A DNA stretch of 64,000 bases from Gammaproteobacteria bacterium (lineage in GTDB: Bacteria; Pseudomonadota; Gammaproteobacteria; UBA4575): contig CBDCTA010000005.1 in assembly GCA_965221955.1 (NCBI GenBank), positions 1 through 64,000 on the forward strand. Reading direction: 5' to 3'. Shown here piece by piece: positions 57,879 to 64,000 of this stretch (position 1 is its first letter; every line of letters starts with the position of its first letter). A program made the position numbers and the translations under genes. The notes under the pieces were generated by a model, which ran no database searches, had not been told where the DNA came from, and saw nothing but the letters and a program-made list of their open reading frames with translations.

Positions 57879-59063
57879 ATGAATCAGATGGAAGATTTCC
57901 CCAGAATATCACGGCTTCCCCCGTACGTATTTAATATCGTAAATGAACTGAAAGCCAACGCGCGAGCGCGAGGTGAGGACATTGTCGATTTCGGTATGGG
58001 AAATCCTGATAAGCCTGCACCGAAACATATTACGGATAAATTAGTGGAAGCTGCACAGCGTGAAAACACGCATCGATATTCGTTGTCTCGCGGGATACCA
58101 CGACTGCGCAAAGCGGTAGCGGATTGGTATCAACGAAAGTTCAATGTTGAAATTGATCCCGAAAAAGAAGCCATTGTTACCATTGGATCAAAAGAAGGTT
58201 TGGCGCATTTAACTTTGGCGACTTTAGGGCCGGGTGATGCGGTATTGGTGCCTAATCCAGCCTATCCGATTCACCCCTATGGTTGTGTGATTGCGGGTGC
58301 TGACATTATATATGTACCCCTCACTGAGGATTCTGATTTCTTTTCAGAGCTGGAGAAGGCGATCGAAGATTCTTGGCCTAAGCCAAAAATGCTGATTGTA
58401 AATTTTCCAGGTAACCCGACGACACAATGTGTAGATCTTGCTTTTTTAGAACGTTTGGTTGCGATCGCGAAACAGCACCAAATGTGGTTGGTGCATGATA
58501 TAGCATACGGAGAGATTACCTTTGATGGCTATGAGGCACCTTCAATTCTTCAAGTGGATGGAGCAAAAGATATCGCTGTAGAATTTTACTCCTTATCGAA
58601 AACTTACAACATGCCAGGCTGGCGAGTGGGTTTTATGTGTGGCAATCCGATCTTAGTCGAGGCACTATCACGCATTAAATCCTATTTGGATTACGGTATG
58701 TTCACTCCTATCCAAGTGGCCGCTATAGAGGCGTTAAACAGTCCACAAGAAGTCATTGATGAAGTGCGCGATGTATATAGAAGAAGACGGGATGTGTTGT
58801 GTGAAGGATTGTGCAATGCAAGTTGGCAAATAGAGAAGCCGAAAGCCACAATGTTTGTTTGGGCAAAGATTCCAGATGAGTATGCGCATTTAGGCTCTTT
58901 AGAGTTTTCTAAGAAGTTGTTAGAAGAAGCAAAAGTTGCGGTTTCTCCTGGAGTAGGATTTGGTAAGTATGGCGACACACATGTGCGTTTTAGTTTGATT
59001 GAAAACGAGCATCGAACTAGACAGGCCGTGCGGAGTATTAAAAAGATGCTAAGGAAACATTAA
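57879..59063 (+). CDS. alaC: Alanine transaminase AlaC
   Basis: [47 protein letters not shown]. Confidence 0.9.
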   Translation: MNQMEDFPRISRLPPYVFNIVNELKANARARGEDIVDFGMGNPDKPAPKHITDKLVEAAQRENTHRYSLSRGIPRLRKAVADWYQRKFNVEIDPEKEAIVTIGSKEGLAHLTLATLGPGDAVLVPNPAYPIHPYGCVIAGADIIYVPLTEDSDFFSELEKAIEDSWPKPKMLIVNFPGNPTTQCVDLAFLERLVAIAKQHQMWLVHDIAYGEITFDGYEAPSILQVDGAKDIAVEFYSLSKTYNMPGWRVGFMCGNPILVEALSRIKSYLDYGMFTPIQVAAIEALNSPQEVIDEVRDVYRRRRDVLCEGLCNASWQIEKPKATMFVWAKIPDEYAHLGSLEFSKKLLEEAKVAVSPGVGFGKYGDTHVRFSLIENEHRTRQAVRSIKKMLRKH

Positions 59064-59197
59064 AGAAACACTGATTTATTCTGATATTTCATTAAAAATG
59101 ATCTCAATGTCGCTCATGTATAAATCAATACATGTCATTCACCTCGACATTTTTTTGCCTAATATCAGTCATTACGTTTATGAATATATGCTTTCTT
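59064..59197. repeat. Intergenic palindromic (MITE-like) element, copy 2
   Basis: CTGATATT/AATATCAG IR; shares TCGYTCATGTATA...AATACAT...CTCGA-x-ATTTTTT-GCCT with 22955-23074. Confidence 0.6.
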
Positions 59198-59234
59198 GAG
59201 AAATTGTTTAGGTGTTAATAGGTAAAATTTAAAG

Positions 59235-60554
59235 ATGTCTGCGTTAGAGCCTGTAAAAGTAGGAGTATTAGGTTTAGGTACTGTGGGTTGCGGTACTGCA
59301 AATATTTTATCGCGTAATGCAGATGAAATTGCGCGCCGAGCAGGCCGAGGTATAGAAATTACAATTGCCAGTATGCGTGATACTAAAAAACCACGCGCAT
59401 GTGATACTTCGTCGATAACCTTAACCGAAGATTCTAATAAAGTAGTAACGGATCCTAATGTTGAAATAGTGCTTGAGTTGATCGGCGGTACAGATGAAGC
59501 GAAAGATTTAGTGCTTAAAGCTATCGATCATGGTAAACATGTTGTCACGGCAAACAAAGCGTTGATTGCCTTGCATGGCAATGAAATCTTCCAACGCGCA
59601 CAAGATAAAGGTGTAACGATTGCATTTGAAGCTGCAGTAGCTGGTGGGATTCCCATTATTAAAGCGATCCGCGAAGGATTGTCGGGAAATGCGATTCAAT
59701 GGTTGGCAGGCATTATTAATGGTACGGGTAATTTCATTCTTACTGAAATGCGAGACAAAGGTCGCGACTTTGATGATGTATTAAAAGAAGCGCAGCAATT
59801 AGGTTATGCAGAAGCGGATCCAACTTTTGACGTAGAAGGGATTGATGCTGCACACAAGTTAACTATCCTCGCTTCCATTGCTTTTGGTGTACCGCTTCAG
59901 TTTGAAAAAGTTTATACAGAAGGTATCACCGAGATTACTCGTGAAGATGTAGCATATGCTGCAGAACTGGGTTATCGCATCAAGCATTTAGGGATTGCTA
60001 AGCGTACTATTAATGGCTTAGAGATGCGTGTGCACTCAACACTTATTCCACACAGAAGGCTTATCGCTAATGTTGATGGCGTGATGAATGCAATAGTGAT
60101 AAAAGCAGATGCGCTGGGGCCAAGTTTGTATTACGGAGCTGGAGCAGGTGCAGAACCCACAGGTTCTGCAGTGGTTGCGGATTTAGTAGATGTTGTGCGG
60201 GCATTAACCTCTGACCCCGAAAATCGTGTGCCCCATTTGGCATTTCAACCTGGTGCGTTGTCCGATATACCTATTTTATCTATGGATGATGTATCGACCG
60301 CATACTATTTGCGTATTCACGTACAGGATAGGCCCGGCGTATTGGCAGATGTAACCCAAATTTTCGCTGACCATGCTATTAGCATAGAAGCTATTATCCA
60401 AAAAGAACCGCAAGCCAATATTACAAGTGTGCCAATTGTTATTCTCACTCACGAAGTAAGAGAACAAGATATGAACCAAGCGATTGCTGAAGTTGAAAAG
60501 CTTGAAGCGGTAACGGATAAAATTATGCGCATCCGACTGGAAACGTTGTCGTGA
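59235..60554 (+). CDS. hom: Homoserine dehydrogenase with C-terminal ACT domain
   Basis: GLGTVG, VVTANK, FEAAVAGGIP, GYAEADP, DRPGVLA. Confidence 0.96.
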   Translation: MSALEPVKVGVLGLGTVGCGTANILSRNADEIARRAGRGIEITIASMRDTKKPRACDTSSITLTEDSNKVVTDPNVEIVLELIGGTDEAKDLVLKAIDHGKHVVTANKALIALHGNEIFQRAQDKGVTIAFEAAVAGGIPIIKAIREGLSGNAIQWLAGIINGTGNFILTEMRDKGRDFDDVLKEAQQLGYAEADPTFDVEGIDAAHKLTILASIAFGVPLQFEKVYTEGITEITREDVAYAAELGYRIKHLGIAKRTINGLEMRVHSTLIPHRRLIANVDGVMNAIVIKADALGPSLYYGAGAGAEPTGSAVVADLVDVVRALTSDPENRVPHLAFQPGALSDIPILSMDDVSTAYYLRIHVQDRPGVLADVTQIFADHAISIEAIIQKEPQANITSVPIVILTHEVREQDMNQAIAEVEKLEAVTDKIMRIRLETLS

Positions 60555-60598
60555 TAGATTAGCGTATTCTTTGTATTTAAATATAAGTCATTAAATTT

Positions 60599-61735
60599 AT
60601 GAAACCTAAACACTATACCGGTCTAATCGACCGATACCGCTCGGTATTACCATTGGCTCCTGATTGTAGAGTTATTAGCTTATGTGAAGGGGATACACCT
60701 TTAATCGAATGTCACAATATTCAACAAGCCAATGAAAGAAATATAAAATTATTTCTTAAATTTGAAGGGTTAAATCCTACCGGCTCATTTAAAGATCGTG
60801 GGATGACGGTCGCTGTAACTCAAGCGGTTTCTGAGGGTAGTCAAGCAATTATTTGTGCTTCAACAGGAAATACTTCAGCGTCAGCAGCAGCGTATGCGGC
60901 ACGTGCAGGGATAAAAGCTTTTGTACTTATACCAGATGGCAAAATTGCCATGGGTAAACTCGCGCAAGCGATGATGCATGGTGCAACCATTTTACAGATT
61001 CGCGGCAACTTCGACGATGGAATGCGCTTAGTCAAAGAAGTTGCCAGTGAAGCCCCAGTTAATATCGTAAATTCAATTAATCCATATCGCTTACAAGGGC
61101 AGAAGACTGCATCGTACGAAATAGTTGAAGCATTAGGGCGTGCACCAGATTTTCATTGTATACCTGTAGGAAATGCTGGAAATATTTCTGCGCATTGGAC
61201 AGGTTATTCAGAACTTGCGGCAACTTCAGGCAAAGAGGTTACAAAGGCGTGTGGGTTTTGTAATGGTGATTGTCAGTTTGTAAACGAGCCTGTTATAGCT
61301 CTACGACCAAAAATGTTGGGTTATCAAGCGGCTGGCGCAGCACCCTTTATTAAAGGCGTGATGATTGATGAGCCGGATACAGTTGCTACTGCGATTCGTA
61401 TTGGTCATCCTCAAAGTTGGGATTATGCACATGCTGCAGTGAATGAGTCTGGTGGTTGGTTTAATTCTTTTGCAGACGGAGAAATTTTAGCTACACAGAA
61501 ATTACTGGCTTCTGCTGAAGGTGTTTTTTGTGAACCAGCTTCTGCAACTTCTATGACAGGAGCTTTGCATGATATTGAAGCGGGTAACATTCCAGAAGGC
61601 AGTACAGTAGTTTGTACTCTAACTGGTCATGGTCTGAAAGATCCTGATATCGCAATTAAGCAGAGTAATACTGAAATGCTTACCATTGATGCAGAACTGG
61701 ATTCTGTCAAGCGTGCAATATTAGATAATATATAG
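60599..61735 (+). CDS. thrC: Threonine synthase
   Basis: EGLNPTGSFKDRG, CASTGNTSAS, PVGNAGN, TGHGLKD. Confidence 0.96.
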   Translation: MKPKHYTGLIDRYRSVLPLAPDCRVISLCEGDTPLIECHNIQQANERNIKLFLKFEGLNPTGSFKDRGMTVAVTQAVSEGSQAIICASTGNTSASAAAYAARAGIKAFVLIPDGKIAMGKLAQAMMHGATILQIRGNFDDGMRLVKEVASEAPVNIVNSINPYRLQGQKTASYEIVEALGRAPDFHCIPVGNAGNISAHWTGYSELAATSGKEVTKACGFCNGDCQFVNEPVIALRPKMLGYQAAGAAPFIKGVMIDEPDTVATAIRIGHPQSWDYAHAAVNESGGWFNSFADGEILATQKLLASAEGVFCEPASATSMTGALHDIEAGNIPEGSTVVCTLTGHGLKDPDIAIKQSNTEMLTIDAELDSVKRAILDNI

Positions 61736-61763
61736 TTTTCTTTTTAAGTGTTGGGAGCCCTGT

Positions 61764-62684
61764 GTGATTAAAAAATTATTAATCAAAAAATATTGGCAAT
61801 TTTTCATTCTTGCCATATTTCTGCCTATATTAAGTACTACTGCGTCTGCAGAAGCAATTCAAAAGCCTTTCTTATGGGAAATTAAAGGCGATAGGGCAAC
61901 TTCTTATTTGTTTGGCACGATCCACTTACCTGACGAACGAGTGACGACATTACATCCCAGTGTGGAAGAAGCTTTTAAAGCTAGCGAGTATGTTTATACA
62001 GAAATTCCATTAGATACTAGCGATTTGCTCTCACAAACAAATTATTTAATGTTAAGTGGGGACCAAACATTGGCTGACATTGTAGAGACTGATTTGTTAG
62101 AGCGGATAAATAATATTGTTAAAGAAATAAATCCAATTCTAACTATTGACCCGTTCATAAAATTTAAAGCGTGGGCATTGGCAACGAGTTTGCCATTGTT
62201 AGAACAACAATTGATGAACCCAGGAATATTGCCACTCGATGCGCAGTTATATCAACGTGCAGGCAATGAAGGTAAAGGCACTGGTGGACTAGAGACCATG
62301 CAAGAGCAGCTCAGTTATTTTGATAATTTAACACGAGATGAAGAACTTAAAATGTTGCGTGATACTGTTGAATTTATGGAGCAAGCCGGTACACAAGAAA
62401 AAAATATTGCAGAAGAATTTATTCAATACTACATGCAGGGCGACGTAGATGCATTTGGCGATTTAATGGTGAAATATGTGAAAGAAGATGAATTTTCAAA
62501 AGATTTTATGAAGAAAATTTTACATGACCGTAACATTATTATGGCAGATCGCATTCAAGCAAAACTAAAGAAAAACCCTTCACGAAGTTACTTTTTTGCG
62601 ATAGGTGCAGGACACTTTTGGGGATCAACAGGTATACAAAACCTTCTTATAGAAAAAGAACTTAAAATAAATCGAGTTAAATAA
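61764..62684 (+). CDS. TraB/GumN family protein
   Basis: SYLFGTIH, GLET-x2-EQ, RN-x2-MA, AIGAGH. Confidence 0.9.
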   Translation: MIKKLLIKKYWQFFILAIFLPILSTTASAEAIQKPFLWEIKGDRATSYLFGTIHLPDERVTTLHPSVEEAFKASEYVYTEIPLDTSDLLSQTNYLMLSGDQTLADIVETDLLERINNIVKEINPILTIDPFIKFKAWALATSLPLLEQQLMNPGILPLDAQLYQRAGNEGKGTGGLETMQEQLSYFDNLTRDEELKMLRDTVEFMEQAGTQEKNIAEEFIQYYMQGDVDAFGDLMVKYVKEDEFSKDFMKKILHDRNIIMADRIQAKLKKNPSRSYFFAIGAGHFWGSTGIQNLLIEKELKINRVK

Positions 62685-62688
62685 ATAC

Positions 62689-63417
62689 TTAAATCATCCA
62701 TTCTGCCGGATTTAACGAATCATCTTGTTCCCATCTAAAGTTTTCAGGTGTAGACTTGCAAAGAGGAGACATTGATTCAATATATTTTAATCTGCTGATG
62801 GATTCAGCTCCAAGACTTGCTAAATGCGCGGAGGGTAATTGGCAATCTAATAATGGAAACCCCCAGTGATGCATGTGCATGGCTAAATAAGCGAGGGCTA
62901 CTTTAGAGGCGTTGGTTTGAAAGCTGAACATCGATTCTCCGTAAAACATTTTGCCAATCATCACGCCATAAATACCTCCAATCAAGCGTTCTTGTTGATC
63001 CCATAATTCAATTGAGTGTGCATGCCCTACTTGATATAAATGGCAATAGGCCTCTGTCATTTCGTTAGTGATCCAAGTGCCGCGTGCATAACTTCTAGGT
63101 GCAGCACATGCCATCACTGTTTTTTTAAAATCACCATCAAAGGTGACTGTCCAATTATGTTTACGCAGCGTTCTTCTAAGACTAGAGGATATTTTAAAAT
63201 TTTTGGTAAATAACACTCCACGCGGGTTAGGGGACCACCATAAAATAGGCTGCCCGTCTTCATACCAAGGAAAAATGCCATTGCGATAAGCGTTTAATAA
63301 TCTGGTTTCACTAAGGTCTCCGCCTGCGGCTAGCAAGCCTTCAGGGTTAATCAGCGCACTTTCAATGTCTGGGAAAGTAGCAGTTGGGTCACTTGGGTCT
63401 AACCAGGTAATATCCAT
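62689..63417 (-). CDS. aat: Leucyl/phenylalanyl-tRNA--protein transferase
   Basis: GLLAAGGDL, GIFPW, WWSPNPR, GESMFS, NASKVA, DCQ. Confidence 0.96.
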   Translation of the reverse strand: MDITWLDPSDPTATFPDIESALINPEGLLAAGGDLSETRLLNAYRNGIFPWYEDGQPILWWSPNPRGVLFTKNFKISSSLRRTLRKHNWTVTFDGDFKKTVMACAAPRSYARGTWITNEMTEAYCHLYQVGHAHSIELWDQQERLIGGIYGVMIGKMFYGESMFSFQTNASKVALAYLAMHMHHWGFPLLDCQLPSAHLASLGAESISRLKYIESMSPLCKSTPENFRWEQDDSLNPAEWMI

Positions 63418-63443
63418 ATAGGTGTGCGAATACTCTTTTATAA

Positions 63444-64000
63444 TTAAGATCGGTATGGTGAGAGTTTCATTAGCTCATCATAATCCTGCTGCATGTAATG
63501 TTGCTCGCGCTGACAAAAATCTCGAATTGATGGTTCAAAACGTACATCATGAATAGCATGCGAAGACCATGTTTTTTTAGGTAAAAAACCACGACTGATT
63601 TTATGTTCGCCCTGAGCCCCCGGCTCAAAAACTTGTAGTTTATTTTCAATTGCGTGTTCAATACCTTGGTAATAACAAGCCTCAAAATGCAAACTATGAA
63701 AAGATTGACTGCAGCCCCAGAAACGTCCGTATAGTTTTTTTGTACTGCAAAAGTTAATCGCACATGCAATGAGTTGGTTTTTGCTATAAGCGAGCACCAA
63801 CATTATTTGTTCACCTAAAGTCTGTCCAACTTCTATAAAGAACTCCAAACTTAACGTAGGTATGCCGCTTTTTCGATAAAATGTGCTTTCATAAAAAGCA
63901 TGGATTTGTTGCCATTGCGATTCATTTAATTCTTTTCCATACAAACGTTTTATTTCGATATTTTGTTCGTATACATATCTACGTTCTTGCTTAACTTTTT
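63444..64000 (-). CDS. GNAT / FemAB-like (DUF482) protein, 5' end outside window
   Basis: LYGRFWG, LHFEACYYQGIE, EPGAQGEHKISRGF; frame open to the window edge. Confidence 0.9.
   Translation of the reverse strand, partial: KVKQERRYVYEQNIEIKRLYGKELNESQWQQIHAFYESTFYRKSGIPTLSLEFFIEVGQTLGEQIMLVLAYSKNQLIACAINFCSTKKLYGRFWGCSQSFHSLHFEACYYQGIEHAIENKLQVFEPGAQGEHKISRGFLPKKTWSSHAIHDVRFEPSIRDFCQREQHYMQQDYDELMKLSPYRS

Noticed and set aside
8810-63769. Many short antisense or alternate-frame ORFs in the track (e.g. 11143-11553, 23296-23658, 41596-41946, 47433-47801)
   Set aside because: They are shadows of well-supported genes and have no independent evidence.

Overview
AT-rich bacterial chromosomal segment; gene content and synteny suggest a gammaproteobacterium (inferred). 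Most of the window is housekeeping or metabolic: prc, moaA/B/E, moeA, fadE, surE-pcm-yqaA-nlpD, alaC, hom, thrC, aat. The main discovery is an integron-like gene-cassette array at about 676-8742 that does not use attC sites. Ten short, unrelated, same-strand genes are separated by 11 copies of an 87-111 bp element. Each element has two 28-bp sites with 11-6-11 geometry: A = ATGTCCGCTAT-TGGCCG-AAAGCRGACAT and B = ATGACYGCTAA-CGACCC-AAAGCGGACAT. They are joined by a linker carrying a sigma70-like TTGGAW-N17-YAAWAT motif at an invariant distance from B. A solo B-genes-A module sits between moaA and moaB on the minus strand (25694-26811). It shares an ungapped 66-bp terminal sequence with the end of the array. 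No recombinase or transposase is encoded in the window. A second notable locus (29.3-47.2 kb) joins an ApbE/DUF3570/DUF4266/TlpA flavinylation module, a multiheme HzsA-like lipoprotein and outer-membrane barrels to a TPR-TolQ-ExbD-ExbD-TonB set resembling the Agl-Glt core. Four genes are broken by apparent 1-bp homopolymer indels, probably read errors. No rRNA, tRNA or CRISPR array was recognised.
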